From contig JBEWZL010000124.1 of the NCBI GenBank assembly GCA_045837725.1, positions 558,001-622,000 on the forward strand: a DNA stretch of 64,000 nt, given 5' to 3'. A program made the translations under genes and the position numbers. Positions 46,972 through 61,042 of the stretch are shown here, piece by piece; positions within the stretch are counted from its first letter, which is position 1; the number at the start of each line of letters is the position of its first letter. Below the pieces are notes generated by a model. The model saw nothing but the letters and a program-made list of their open reading frames with translations. It ran no database searches and was not told the DNA's origin. The DNA comes from Vermamoeba vermiformis (Eukaryota).

Positions 46972-49900
46972 ATGTCTGACGATTCTCGGAGGTCAACGCG
47001 CAGACTATCTAGCTCTAGAGATAGAGCTGAGTCAGTGCGCGACCTAAAAGGATCCAAAGACAAAGAAGATCGCGACAAAGATAAGGACAAAGAGAGCCGC
47101 GATAAAGATCGAGATCGACGATTAAACCGCGCGGAGAGCGTGCGCGATACTCGTGATAAGGACAGAGATAGAGATAGAGATAGAGACCGTGATAAGGATA
47201 AAGATAAAGATAAAGAAAGCCGAGACAAGGACAAAGATAAAGATCGAGATCGATCTGACAAAGAATCGACTCGAGAGCGTTCAGGCAGCGAGTCTAGGTC
47301 ACGAGATAAGAAGTCTAGTGGAGGAGGCAGCAAAACACTCGATCCATTCGATGAAGAAGACGTTGAAAGTTCGTCGGCACTAGATGAGTCAGAAAGCAGA
47401 CGAAGTCACCGTTCTTCACGCAAAAAAAAGCGACATACTACTTCTTTACAAGGTACATAATATTTAGTGATTATTGTATTGTTGAAATAGCATTCGGGCT
47501 AATTTTATTTCAAATAATTAGATCAGTATCCCAAATTCAATTCAGTTTAAAAAAATTAATTTAATTTTGCACGTTGAGAAATAGCTTAATAATTAATATT
47601 CTATGCTCGAATACGTCAAAATAATTTTTCTACGTTCCGATCTGTAAACTAACGGCTGTCAATAGACAAAAGTGAGCCTAAAACGTGGGCAGAAGTAAAA
47701 GAATTTGAAGAATCTGATGCTTGGATTAATGAATATGCTGACGACGATGTAAGCAAATTACAATATGATATTATTTCCGTAGCAGATCTAATTGAAATGT
47801 TAGGTCGATGATTTGCTTGCTGATAGCGATATTAACTTAAAATCTGTCGATGAAGAGGACCCTTATGGCCTAAAAAGGTATAATAATCCTTAATTATAAT
47901 ATTTAAATATTAATTTACAATTTTTATCGCTCAGCTCGCGTCACGGCAAGTTGAAGAGTATTCAAGGCGCTGGTAATATTACTATAATACTATTAATATT
48001 ATTATACATACCAATGATGAGCTTTTGCAGGCCCTGATGTGGACATAACAAAAGAGGAGTTTGTAGCGCTGAACTGTCTCGTACAAGTGCACAAGAACAC
48101 GCCCCTCAACGAGCTCATGGCCGAAAAAGCATATTTACAAGAAAAAGTTTACTCGCGTCAGGAACAAATGAAAGTGCTTGTCAGAGACAATTTTGCACGA
48201 TTTGTAGGCTGCAAAGATTTACTCGATGGTACGACCATAATTATAGGTCCCTAGTATTCCGACCTCGTTCTAATATGACCCCTTTATTATAGATATGAGT
48301 GGAAAGATTGAAGGCGAAAAGAATGCGGAAGGACCAATCATTGAAAATTTGGAATTGGCCGTGAAGGATATTTTAGCCAAGGCCGGCATGGCGTTTGACA
48401 AGTTATTGCAACGACAAGAAAACATTGACACGATTAGAAATGTGTTGAATATTCTTAAGAGATTTCAATTCGTGTTCAACTTGCCTCGTAGAATGCGTGA
48501 AAATATCAGCAAGGTACGTGTAAAAACGGATCTGCTCCGCCTATCCATGAACGTTTTATAACACCACTTTAGGGCGAATATAGTCGCGTTGTGCTTGACT
48601 ATAAGAAGGTCAAATCGTTGATTGCAAATACCTCCGTCATTATGTTCAAAAAGATATTGAACGAGGTCGAATCAATCGTCAAAGAACTTCGTGACCAATT
48701 ATTCAAATCATTAGAAAACCCTAATCTCGTGTTAGAAGAGATCGAAAAGACTATCAGGTACGTGTTGTTATACTTGTATTAAATGTTCTAACGTGGGTCC
48801 AGGTTGTGCGTGGATCTGGGTTCACCCGATGATCCAGCGTGGTACTGTATTCTTCAACGATATAAGAAATTGTGCGCAATGCTCAAGGATGGCAACAACC
48901 TCCCCTCCTCACTGTTGCACACACCGCTGCTTGCTCCACGCAATACTCACTCGAGTGGGCCTTCGTCATTGTCGGGCTCGAGCGGTCCCGGCTCGTTGAC
49001 AGCACAAGGCAACAAAATCAAGCAGTACTCGGCACTGTTGCAAGAACGCATTCCTGACATGTGGATAATAGCTCATTCATTCTATACCGGTGCCTATCAT
49101 AAGGTGAGTTGAACTGTATAAAAACGATCAGTTGGATCCGCTCACGTTGCTAACTCTGCCTACGAACAGAACTTGCCTGAAACTAAGCGCAACGAGATCA
49201 TTCAAAAATACGTAAGTTATCCTTAGCTTACAATAGGCCATTATTAATTAGCTAATGAAACATTGTTTTTTTAGCCCGAATCAACATTCGCGCGGTACAT
49301 GAGCGAGATTTTGAGTCTTTACGCAGAAAGCATTAGCTCGTTGTTCTTCAACGACGTCGTGAAGGGCGGTTCAATGTACGTATATGGCTTATGCTAGTAA
49401 CTTGTGCTTATATTAACCTTTAATAGGAATAATTCGAACGACAGAATGCTGAAAACAAGACTTGACATGACAGCGCTCAATTTGAACAAGAATAATATGC
49501 TCAATCGAATGAAGTTCTTGACTAAAGTAAGCAAGTGATAACAAAAATTAATATGCATCTAATGTTGTAATGATAGATTGAAGAAGAAAAGGAAAAAGTT
49601 AAAGCAGTGCTCGAGACGTACAAAATATTGACCTCGCACAATATTCCCGCCAAATTTATGGAAAATTTGACACGTCTTCTGGATCAAATGACGCGTCAAT
49701 TTGTCAAACACACTTACGAGTCTGCCATCGATGGTAAACTAAATTTATTTCATTTCTATTTATGGCAATAACGATCTAATCAATATTTCTATAAATAGAA
49801 TTGAGCAAATTTGGCAAGCAAGAAGATTGGATAATTGCCGATGAAACATGGACCATCACCGCTTTGCCGAACAAATTTGCAACAGCTGTAAATAGTATAT

Positions 49901-50951
49901 TAATTAGCTTATTTGGCATCGTACAGGCCGATGACGTAAGTCAAGCACTAAAAATTATTATTACCAAATAAGGAAATATTAATTTGTTTGTTTTTTTTTG
50001 TAGCCGCTGCTTTTCAACCTTCGCAAAAATTTCATCGAAATTGCGAATTCATTTGCAGATTGCATGTATCAATTAGCATTCAGCGCTGAAGCAAATGACG
50101 AAGAGCTAGAAAACTATTATCATGGAGTAAGCTGAAAATAATTGTCAAATTATTGCCGGATCTGACCTTATTTTTCTTTAGGACTCAAAATTGCTATTAA
50201 TATTGAACAATAGCGTATACGTCAAGACGAAAATCCTCCCTAATTTAATCAAACAATTCAACACGGAGTATCCAGGCACTTTAGTCGAGAATGAGAAGGG
50301 CATTTACGATGTATATGACCAATTAGAAAGGCTCGTGTTTGACAAGTACTTGAAGAACAAAATTCTCGTGCTGGATGCGCACATTAAGAACGGCATGTTG
50401 CTCAGTGCATTCGATCCGAAGACTGTATCGCCACCGTCAAGTAAGATAAGACCCTAATGATATATATTCAGCTTATTATAACTATTATTGTAGGCATTCG
50501 CGATTACGTAATGGATCTGCTGCTACATCTGGTCTACATCCACGACGAACTGTCGAGATTTAGTCCTAACTCGTCAAAGTCCGTGTTGACGACACTAGTA
50601 GAGACTATATATCAAGAGTTTATAGACAGTTTGAACAAGATTACGGCTAAAAATTTCTCGATCATGGGCTTGTTACAAGTAAGATCCGATTTTAAGGTCT
50701 GATTTTTCAATATTTGCTTAATTTCGTATTAGATTGGTGTAGAATTAGAATTTATCTCGTCTATTGTCAAAGAATATCATACGCCGATTGCCACACGAAG
50801 CTACAACCAGATGGATGCGCTGTTGGAATACAAAAAGCTCAAAGAAGGCAAAACACCCGAAGTCTCAGCGCGGCTCGTTGACTCGATTAATAACGTGCTG
50901 AAAGAGTCGTTGAACAGCACCAAGATGCTTTTTGAATGCTTTTCAAAGTAA
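46972..50951 (+). CDS. EXOC2: Exocyst complex component Sec5
   Basis: VHKNT...LVRDNFARFVGCKD, RFQFVFNLP, DYKKVKSL, DPAWYCI, IRDYVMDLLLHLVYIHDE and C-terminal TKMLFECF. Confidence 0.85.
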
Positions 50952-51013
50952 AAATTTTATTTTGCAATTTACTGGCCTAAAAAAGATCCATACAAGGTAA
51001 GTTCTATAGGCTA

Positions 51014-51472
51014 TTATGCAGCATGGACTTTGGCGGCGTCAATTATAGGCTCCGGTGCGAGGCTCTTTGTTGGCGGCACGGCTCGTTCGAGTGATTTGGA
51101 CCATCCACCAAGGTACGTCAAGATCGAACCAATTGTCAGAGAAACGATGAAGCTGCTCCAAGAGCTAGTGCTATATAATGCTCTGTCCTTAATCAACCAC
51201 AGGAAGGTAGCGATATAAGGCACGAGCATACATCGCAGGAAGCCTCGTTTGGATTCGGATGGCAACTTTAAAGCCCATATGCACATGACTACGAAACCTA
51301 ATTCAAAGCACGATGCAGCGCGCCATCCTTGATGATCAATGGGCGTTCTATCGCCGCGACCATATTTCCAGTTGTGCATCTTCAAAGCGTCTGTCCACAT
51401 CTGGACGGTCCAGAAGCCCCACCAAGCCACATTATAGCGGAGAACATTATTCGCTGTTATAAGCGCGTTCAT
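51014..51472 (-). CDS. Uncharacterised 4-TM membrane protein, tandem paralogue A
   Basis: Intronless ORF; shares GDRTPIDxQGWRAAS and C-terminal HAA with paralogue B. Confidence 0.7.
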   Translation of the reverse strand: MNALITANNVLRYNVAWWGFWTVQMWTDALKMHNWKYGRGDRTPIDHQGWRAASCFELGFVVMCIWALKLPSESKRGFLRCMLVPYIATFLWLIKDRALYSTSSWSSFIVSLTIGSILTYLGGWSKSLERAVPPTKSLAPEPIIDAAKVHAA

Positions 51473-51751
51473 TTTGAGTGATTTAGGCAAATGCGTGTTT
51501 ATGAAATTGAATCAGACAAGCATTTTTATTCAAACAACAAAGATTTTGTTCAAAGAACGGGCTGAGAATTTTTACCGATTTAAGAAATTTGGCTTACTTT
51601 CATATACTTGTACTATTATGGTGCTTTAATCTTCCGCTGGAACCTCTCACTGAACAAATAGTCAAAGCAGTACAGAAAGATTTGCGTCATGTCATTACAA
51701 AAAGTACTTTGGAATTAGGCGTTTATTTGGAAGATTCTTCTCACCACTAAC

Positions 51752-52211
51752 TTAAGCAGCATGTATTTTTGAAGGCTCTACTCCAGACTCGGGCACAACG
51801 CTCTTTCTTAGAGGGACAATTCGTTCTGGTGAAAAGACGAATCCGCCGGCAAAAGTCAAAACTGTACCAATGCTGAGGGCAATAATCAGAGCGTTCCAAG
51901 CCATGGGGATGTACACGTCCTTGTCGTTCAGCAAGCATAAGAAGGTGGCAAAATACGGAGCAATCAGACACTGAATGAAGCTTCTCTTGGATTCAAAGGG
52001 CAAGCGCAGAGCCCAAATACAAAGCACAAAATATCCAAAGGCAAAAGAAGAAGCAGCGCGCCATCCTTGCGTATCGATCGGAGTTCTGTCGCCTTGGCCG
52101 AAGTTAAAGCTGTGCATCTTGAGAAAATCGCCCCAAAACTGCACAGTCCAAAAGGCCGCACCAGAACACGTTGAAGACCAGGACGTTGTTCATAGTAAAT
52201 AAATCGTTCAT
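51752..52211 (-). CDS. Uncharacterised 4-TM membrane protein, tandem paralogue B; 1-nt frameshift at ~52152
   Basis: Colinear with paralogue A across the frameshift. Confidence 0.65.
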
Positions 52212-52472
52212 TTTGAGTTGTTTGTCGATGAGTAGCATTTGTGCGAATGAATAAAATTGCTCCTCAATTATCTTTTTAAATTGTAGCAAATCTGCAGATA
52301 TTTCAAAAAGAATTCTGAAGCAATTTCGTATTGGTCTTGAGAGAGTCCTGGCACATTTTAGTTCGATTGTACTTAAATGGCTATCCTTCGTGAACGAAGT
52401 GTGCTCAGTGCCTGCAATGAAATCCAACACGTGTTTACTCGGACTGGTATTACACGTACGCGAACACGACGC

Positions 52473-54002
52473 TTATTTCTTCGGAGTAGGCGTCTGCGGT
52501 GACTTGGGCACGTAATGAGGGCTCTTGTTCTTCTTTTTCTTTGAAGGCGAGTCAGTGACTTCAGCTTTCAATGCCTTGACCTCTTGCACGGTGTTAGCTT
52601 GGTTGAAGTATTCCTTGGGATACATCTTAATCGAGGCAACGATTTGGCCTGTAAGAGTGATTAGTGGTTGTCTCGCGTAGTGTTTTTATATCCGTACCGT
52701 GATCTGACTTAATGTTGTCGCGTTTTTCTTCGGTGAAAGTCTCGTCGACCACGTGATCATTGAACATCTGCAAGTACTGGACGTAACCGATGTGGTTGGG
52801 ATTGGTGCGCACGAACTCTTGTGACACGAGCACGTGATCGAGCACTTCGTAACGACCGTTGTGGATGTGACTGAAGAGAGGTTAGTATCACTCAAAGCGT
52901 CGTGTCAAGTGTCAACTGTGTACCTGTAAGTGACATCTCGATCGGAGTTTCTGACTTGAATGTCGTTAGTGCTCCACAACAATACGTCCCAGATCTCTTC
53001 TTTCTCTCTGCGAGGCAAAATCTTCCATGGCGGAGTACCAGTCAAGATCTCGCCAGTCACGCTGTTCATGACACATTAGACGACTTGTTATCCATCATAT
53101 TACTCTTACCTATGAATACTGTCGTTCAAGTCGCCAAGTACGATTACAGGACGTGAGTTGTTGCGCATTTCGTCCACCAGAATGCAGCGAACAGCAGCGG
53201 ATTCAGCGGCACGAATGATGAGCGAACGAGCATGTCCAAGAGCCTATACATATCAATACTGAGTACATTGTTTGTTTGTTAGTATCGATATTATTTTTTA
53301 CCTTTGCCTTTTGATCGTGTCTCAATTTGTCTTCGACGATAGGTCTCTTTGATTTTAAGTGCATTACGAATACTGTTACGTCGTGACCACCAGGTACCCT
53401 AATCACGCAACGCAAGATTGGGCGAGAAAATTTAGTGATAGGGACTGCAGCTCCTTCGATTGATAACAAAGATTCTTTAGGAAAGTCTGAGATCGATTCC
53501 TTGTGAAGACTGGGAACATCAATTAGAAAAAATGTATGGTTGGAAATGTTGAATACTTACACTTCATACTGAGAAACCAAAGCGACGCTCGGACCTAAAA
53601 TTAATCATGAAAATAAAAAAAAAATCTCTTCAAAATTTCAAATTGGAATTCAAACGACATAAAAATCAATACTAATTACTATGTTGTTTATTTTAGTCCT
53701 TACTTACCACTACCATCGCCAAAACAAACTACGTGAGCGCCTTTGTATAATCCAGATTCGTCGATCGCTCTTTGCAAGACATCAGCGTGGAATACTTCCT
53801 CGAAGCCCACAATTCCAGCATCCATATTCTGCAATTGATGAGCAATCCAGCTGACCTTTTTTTTGACCAGCTCTTCGGAGTAGCTATTGTTGCCATAGAA
53901 CTTGACTCCGGCGCGAACCAAGTTGAGAACGTTAAATTGGCCAACGCGCAATTTAATCTTCTTTGGCTTATCTCCTTGTGGTTTGTTGTTGTCTTTCTCC
54001 AT
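52473..54002 (-). CDS. Endonuclease/exonuclease/phosphatase (EEP) family protein
   Basis: FNVLNL, GFEEV, HLKSKRP, LGDLND, LDHVLVS and SDHG. Confidence 0.9.
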
Positions 54003-54044
54003 TTCGTGGTGGACTTATGACAACAAAAATATCTGAAAATTTTT

Positions 54045-55470
54045 TTATTGCAACAAACTCGCTAGAATTTTACTCTCATCCTCGCTATGTAATATTTCGA
54101 GTAATTCCCACGCAGGTTTTTCGCTGATCTAAAAATTGAATTAATCATTATCGGTGAAAAGTTTTGTTCGATCGGATGTGGTTACTTACGACGATGTACT
54201 CGTCATCTGGCTTGCTTATTTTCGAATTCGCGGATACAATAACCGATGTAGTCAATCTTACTTTGATTAGCAGCGGTATTAACGATAATTCTTGTTCGTT
54301 CAACTCGAGCTTACTGCGATACCCTGTTACGTTTGGTTAGCTCAAACTCACATTGCTGCCACTCAAACACATTACTTGCCTCGCAATACCGCAGCACCAA
54401 CTTGTTTATATCGGTCAATATTAGTTAACATGGCATAAGCCATAGCTGTGAAAGGAAAGGTAAGTGAAGTTCTTGCACGTTTTTATACGCGTTGACGTGC
54501 GGGCATGTACGTACCAATAGCTATATTACAAACATAATAAGACATGCAAACGTCTCCGTAATCAATCAGTGCGACGACATTGCTGCCAGTCTCGTCTGTG
54601 AGGATGTTTTGATCGTTAGGATCGCAGTGTATAATCCCAGCTTGACAGTGCTTGGTTAAAATAGGAAGGGCACGATCTTCAAATGACCGAAGGGCACTCT
54701 TGACAATGGCTATATGTAAATGATATTGGTTAATAGGTAGACAAAAAGTTGTTGTCGGATGTGGCACGTACCACTTCTCTCGCTTGAAGAGAATTTGTCA
54801 ATTGCGTCTGTCATTTTCCAGAGTAACGCTGCGTTTTGCATTACCCATATCAAGTCGGGTCTATGGGCACGTGGTTCAATGAAATCTCTGAAGGCCTAAG
54901 CACGAGTACAAAGGTTAAACATGCCTGCAGGAGCAGGGCACGTACATTATCTACAGTGGCTAGCAGTCGTCCCAAGCTCTCCATAAGAGGAAGACTTTGC
55001 GGTTGAAAGTCACCGAACACGCGCCCTTTGACCCAGGAAAGCATTCGAACGCAGCAACTACCAGAATGAGCGCGATCGGGGATTGAAAATATTGAAACAG
55101 AGTCACGCACAATTAGACGCGGCGCATGGACTCCTTTTTCTCAAGGTGAAGTAGTGCATTATTTTGTAGGGTCAATAGCTCTAAAGAAGGCAATAAGCGC
55201 TAGTTTTACTGCAGGAGCAAAAAAATTCGAAATAAATAATCCTACGAAAATTGCGTGCCGATTTGCCAATGAATCATCAATACCTTTATCCTCTTGCATA
55301 TTAGAAATTTTAAAAACGTATTCCTGGCCTTGGGGCGTGCGGACATAAAAATTTTGATCCACGTAACTCGGCAGCAGCTTGATAGTTGCATTTACGATGC
55401 CAAATAATTCGTTCAAGTACTTTGAAACGTCATCTTCAGTAAACTCGGGACGTGTGTCGATAGCAGTCAT
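54045..55470 (-). CDS. Hydroxylysine kinase-like aminoglycoside phosphotransferase-family protein
   Basis: LPSYVDQNF, YVFKISN, GIIHCDPNDQNIL and LIDYGD. Confidence 0.82.
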
Positions 55471-55652
55471 TATTTGGACTATTTGTGTTTTCGCGCCCAG
55501 ATTTTTTGTGACCGTTGTGCCCTGGTTGACGGCGATTTTATTCGAGTAATTATCGCCCTGTCAAAATAATTCCAAAAATCGCTTGAACACCACAACACAG
55601 CACTGTTGTTATCACAACAAAGCTTATTTTAATTGTTTATAATAATCTCAAG

Positions 55653-56717
55653 ATGCCCCGCGCCCCATCTAAAAACACCAACAACTCATCGCGCCCTTCT
55701 CGTGTTCACAAGGCTCCCGTCATCTTCAACGTGCCCGTAGAGCTTCCTAGTAAGGAAAAGAAGGAGCCACAATTCCTTACTCAACGACAGAATGTTAATG
55801 GCCTCAAGACAAAGCCTACTTACGCAGCTATGATCGCGAAAGCTCTTTACGAATGCAGAGATCCTTTTCACGGAATGAAGTTCAACGATATTTGCAAATA
55901 TATCGAGACTAATTATCCCGTGAAACCGGAGTACAGACGCTTCGTTAAGCTTGCTCTCGCTGTTGCTGTCAAAGATGAGCTTTTCGTCCAACTCGGTCCC
56001 AGAAATTACAAGCTGAGCACCGAAGAGCGCCATCGCATGAAAAACGGCAAGTCCAGAAGAAAATCTACCAAGGCCAGCGCTGAAAAGAAGAAAGTTAGCA
56101 CCAAGAAACGATCTTCCGCGAAAAAAGAGGGCGATGAGAAGAAAAAATCGCCAAAGAAGAGAACCACCAAGAACTCAAAGAAGGAAGGTGAAGAGAAGAA
56201 AAAAGTCACCAAAGAAGCGATCTACTTCAGAAAAAGAGACCAGCAAGTCCAAGAAGCGAAAGAGCGTCGGTAAAGTAGATGACGACGAGGATGCTCCCAG
56301 AACCAAGAAGGCCAAGAAAGCCAGCAAGTCCGAAAAGTCATCTGGCGACGACAGCACTCTTATTTGGGTAAGTTGATAGCCTTGAAATCGTGTGCTACCA
56401 AGCAAAAAGTAACCGTTTTTTTTTTTCACATCCAGTTCTGGCAATACTACCACGACGGTTGGTGCAACTACCATCCTCAGGCCTCTGAAGTTGTCGAGGC
56501 CACTTACCAAGAGTACCTCAGAAACCCGGGTATCACTGACGTCCGTTCAGTCGAATCCGGCGAGTGGAACTACATGGTCGACTTCAGACAAATGACACAA
56601 CAGAATGTGGCTCACGAGGCTCACACTGTCAGACGCATTCGTCGTGTACAAATCCCCAAAAAGGACGCTATTTACCGAAAGAAGTTCCCTGGTACTGAGA
56701 ACGACAAGACCCTCTAA
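55653..56717 (+). CDS. Linker histone H1-like (H15) protein with C-terminal WWE domain; indel in A-run 56199-56204
   Basis: KPTYAAMIAKAL...ICKYIETNY...VKLALAVAV...YKLS; Lys-rich tail with SPKK; after intron 56368-56434, WFWQYYHDGWCNY...VEATY...YMVDFRQMTQQN...RRIRR. Confidence 0.85.
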
Positions 56718-56823
56718 AGGGCATCCGTGTAATTTTTTATGTAGATTTTCTATAAATAATAAAATAAGGTGTTTATTTCAACAAAAGAAAAATAAATTAG
56801 CTAAAAAACATTATTTAACGGAT

Positions 56824-59765
56824 TTAGTGCTCGCCGTGTTCGGGCATGTCAGTTCCGTCATTTTCACCACGTTGAACACGATCTTCAACGAAAGTGACGG
56901 CGTCATCGGTAGACTCGAACAAACGAATGTCGCTGTGAGCGTTCTCAATGATGTGAGCACGCACGAACAAGTGACGAAGCTTCTCTCGCAGTTTGACGAA
57001 GCAAACAAAAATGCCGCGCTCGTGGTACTTCTCAACCATTTCAGCCAAGACTTGAATAGCACTGGCGTCCATATCGGGGATGTTACGCGAGTGAATGATG
57101 ATTGAGTGGAGCTTCCAACCACGTCGCTTATCACCAGGGTGAGCCTTGGGGTTACCGACTCTCTCGATACGAGAAAGCATTTGCTTGATCATTTCGACGT
57201 TGGCAAAGTAGAGAGCTTCTTCAATACGGACAATAAGAATACCCTAATTAACAAGTAAGTCTTGCGGTCCAATAGCAGGCATGATTAGAACTTACTGGAA
57301 TGACACGGGCTTCAGCGACTTGCTTAATGTCCTTGTACTTCTTGGTCTCGGGAACACGACCCAAAATGCCCAAGTGAGGCAAAGAGCTGTACTTGACGAC
57401 GAAGAAGAGGGAGATACCGATGGACAAGAAGATACCCAAGTCGACACCCAAAATGACAGTCATGCCGAAAGTCAACAAGAAGAGGAACAAGTCCTTCCAA
57501 GCCTTAATCTTCCACATAAACTCGACGTCTTCAAATTCGAAGAGACCAGTGGCAGCAACGAAAATGATGGAAGACATGACGACCTTGGGCAAGAATGAGA
57601 ACAAGGGGCCCAACAAGAAGATGGTGAGCAAAATGACAAGACTGGTGATGAGAGTGAACAATTGAGTTTGAGCACCCATCATGTCGGCGACAGAAGATCT
57701 ATTGGATGGACATTAGCAATGGGCTAGTTAATGCGACTACGAGCAAGCGTACCTAGTCAAACTACCGAAAGTAGGGAATGTTTGGAAGAACGAGCCGACA
57801 AAGTTGGACAAACCAATGGCGACCAACTCTCTGTTCGGTGACACGTAGTAGTTGTTCTTGTTAGCATAAAGCTTGGCTACGACGATACTTTCAATGAAGC
57901 CGATAACGGAGATGGTACCAGCTGCAGACAAGTCAATCTTGAAGTTGGCAGTAGATCTGAATCGAACACGATTAGTACCGTGACATTTCCAATTTTTGTC
58001 AATTAAAAATTACCCGAAGTGAGGGAAGTGAGGTGTAGGGAACTTGGCATCCATATCACCGAGAATCTTCATGTGGTAGTTCTCTTCCAACTTGGCGCTG
58101 TAAGAAACAATGATGGCGATGATAATGACCAACAAGTTCTCGGGGACGAACTTGATCCAACCCATACCGTTCAATTTTCTACACGTATGGGATTAGTATC
58201 GAAGTGTCACAGATAATTTACGAATAAAACTTACCCGGTATATTTTTTGATCATACGAACACCTATCATGAACGAAATGGAAATAAACGCTGCTGTCATA
58301 GTCGGCAAGTGAACGCAATTTCCCAATAATAGATTATTCGGACAGTGTTCTCCCAAGTGCTCGAACAAATATGGCAGTTTCTTCCAACCGTGGTCTTCTG
58401 GTCCCGCATCCTTGTCCTTGATTCCAAACAACACGTCCAATTGCTCGAAAATAATAATAAGAGCGACGGCATTGACGAAACCACTGCAAAGTGTTATTAA
58501 TAACGCGAAATATTGTAAATTAGACGGTGCATGACTTACCCCAACAAGGCACGAGAGAAGATGTTGTCCAAGAAACCCACACGTATCAGACCTGCGGCAA
58601 ATAGGAATATGCCGACAAGGAAAGACAACGCGTGAGACACCAAGTTAGGATCGAATTCTTGCGTCTCTCCTCCGTGACCAACTAATTCTTCGCTTCTTTC
58701 TCTGAGGTGACTCAATTCGAGAGCAACCAAAAGTGCAATCATAGCATCAGGACCGACTGAAAGTTGTCGAGAAGTGCCCATAAGAGCGTAAATAAGACCG
58801 GGGAACTATATTCATAGTTACGGTAAATATTCAATCGTGTCAATAATTAAATTGTCGTTTGGCTTACCAAAGCGGTGTACAAGCCGTAAATAGGATCGAC
58901 AGTGGCCAAAATAGCGCAAGCCAAAGATTGGGGAATAATCATAGAAGCAACACCAAGGCCTAAGAGGTGAAAATGTGAGCCAACACGAGATGCAGGTTTG
59001 GATTTCAAAAAAGATCGCGTGTGTTGCAAAATTAAATAAAAGTGGTCGCTAAGGTGCGATAAAGAATATTAATTAATATAATGTGCATATAATGCTCCCG
59101 AATCAATTACTAAATGATTTCAGATCGAGTAAATCTACCCGCATAATTAAAATTAATTGAAAAATTACCTGCTACCAAGTCCTTAGTAAAGTCACGCTTC
59201 CAGTTGTAGTGAGGCAGCCAGTAAAAAATAGGAACATAATAAGGGAATCGCTGTTTAAACTTCTGCCACTTGGTGCGGTTAGCGTTTTGATCTGGTTCAG
59301 TGCTTGCGCCCGATGCTGTGGTTTGATTCCTAGAGGATAGTGGTACTGCGCCATTAGTAGCAGGATGCAAATGGTCTTCGTCCTCATCTTCATCACCGAA
59401 CATAATAGGATCCGCCATCGGATCTGCATGCTCCAGTGGGTTTACTAATAGCAGGAAAAAATTAGCAAAAAATGGTACGGTGATCGGGAATTATTGTACT
59501 ACGTAATCTAGTGATAGCAAGGCTTAATGATTATTACGAGTCATACAATAACGGTTTGGTGGGTAATAGAAAATGGTCGTTTAATTTCCGAAAGATCAGT
59601 AATTAGAAGGAGGTTAATGCTCTTACATGGAGGAGGACCATTAGGGTCTGTTTCTAACTCGACTTGGTATTGGTCCGAGTGAGGTTCCTCAGGATCTTCA
59701 ACCTGCTGCTTCTCAACCACAGCAGATATGTAGTTCTGCGTCCACTGCCGGATCTGGTTGTTCAT
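56824..59765 (-). CDS. SLC26/SulP anion transporter with STAS domain
   Basis: DLVAG, IPQSLA, YGLYTA, GTSRQLSVGP, NRELVAIGLSN and STAS DMDASA...FVKL. Confidence 0.95.
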
Positions 59766-60093
59766 TTTCTATACCAGAATATAGGTACAGTCCTGTATAT
59801 TGGTTCAGGAGTGCAGTGTAAATAAAACGAGTCTTGTGGGTCAAAAAAAACGCCAAACTCGTGACACAAAAAAACAACCAAAATAACTCGTGGGACATTA
59901 TTTTACGTCTTGATTTGCGTAATAGAAGGTGGATAGCAAGGTAATTAATTTTGTTAAAGCAAGTATATGGAGACATTCAGACAAATCTGTGCCAAACAAA
60001 TATTTATTTCTTTTGGCGGTATTATTTACATCAAAATTTGTCGGTAAACGACGTAATAAATTATTTACAAATACACATAAATAAGTGGCAGTC

Positions 60094-61042
60094 TTATTCG
60101 ATGATCGAATAGGACAACTTGCGAGAAGAGCTGACTTTCTTCATGCTGGCGGAAGAAAGCGAGTTATTGCGACGAATGTGTCTGTCATTAGTAGTAGGAG
60201 CTTGAGAGACCGATTTAGAACGAGGTCTAGTAGTGGGAGCCACGGTATCGATCGGATCTCTTAAATCTGCCAAATTAGGAATGGATTTTGATTTGTTTGA
60301 GTTGAATTCAGCAGAGGTAGACTTTCTTTGCTCAGCCTTTCTCTTTTTCTCAGCATCTCGAAGAAGCTTCTCGTTAATCACAACCTTCAAGCAGTGGATA
60401 ACATCCGTGAAGTACTGCAGGTCAGGTATTAGTAAAAACTGTGTATATATGGCATATTTTTAATACTTACAGAGCCACACTTGAACAAAACCACCTTCGC
60501 TTGGAAGTCAAGCTTCTTGTTGTCGTACTCGAATCCGAAAACCTTTCGATCTGAGCGGTAAATGAATTTTCTGATCTTAGACCATCTGTAGACTTGTAAT
60601 TCTTCCTATACAAGCATTCGGATATTAATACTTTGATTCAGTAGTAAATTTGGCTCTATTCAATTTCGATCGAGACTCACCTCAGTACCAGGCATCAAAA
60701 CTCGGATTGATTTGCGACCGATAGCGATGATTCTCTCTTCCTTATGCTTATATAATTTCTCCTAAACGATACTAGCGTAAGTAATCGCGATTCAGAATCA
60801 GCAAGATTTCGTAATCTTTTCGCGGCCATACTGCGAGCTATCTGATGCGTACCTTAACAATCCAATGTCTTTCTTCTTCAGAGACACCATATTTCTTAGT
60901 GTGGGTCTTCTCTTTTTGCTTCAATTCTAACAAGATTCTCAGTCAGTACGCGCCATGGACGATAGAGAATTAAAGTCGACTTACTCTTGCTGTCGTTAAT
61001 AGAGAAGGTAGGGACGTTGTTGAAGTCGACAATGGCAGTCAT
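60094..61042 (-). CDS. Uncharacterised protein, possible FERM-C/PH-like domain
   Basis: Spliced exons RIIAIGRKSIRVL...YRWSKIRKFIY...FGFEY, followed by a basic/Ser-rich tail. Confidence 0.45.

Noticed and set aside
46722-47333. Ser/Leu-repeat ORF on the - strand
   Set aside because: Antisense shadow of the RD/KD repeat exon.
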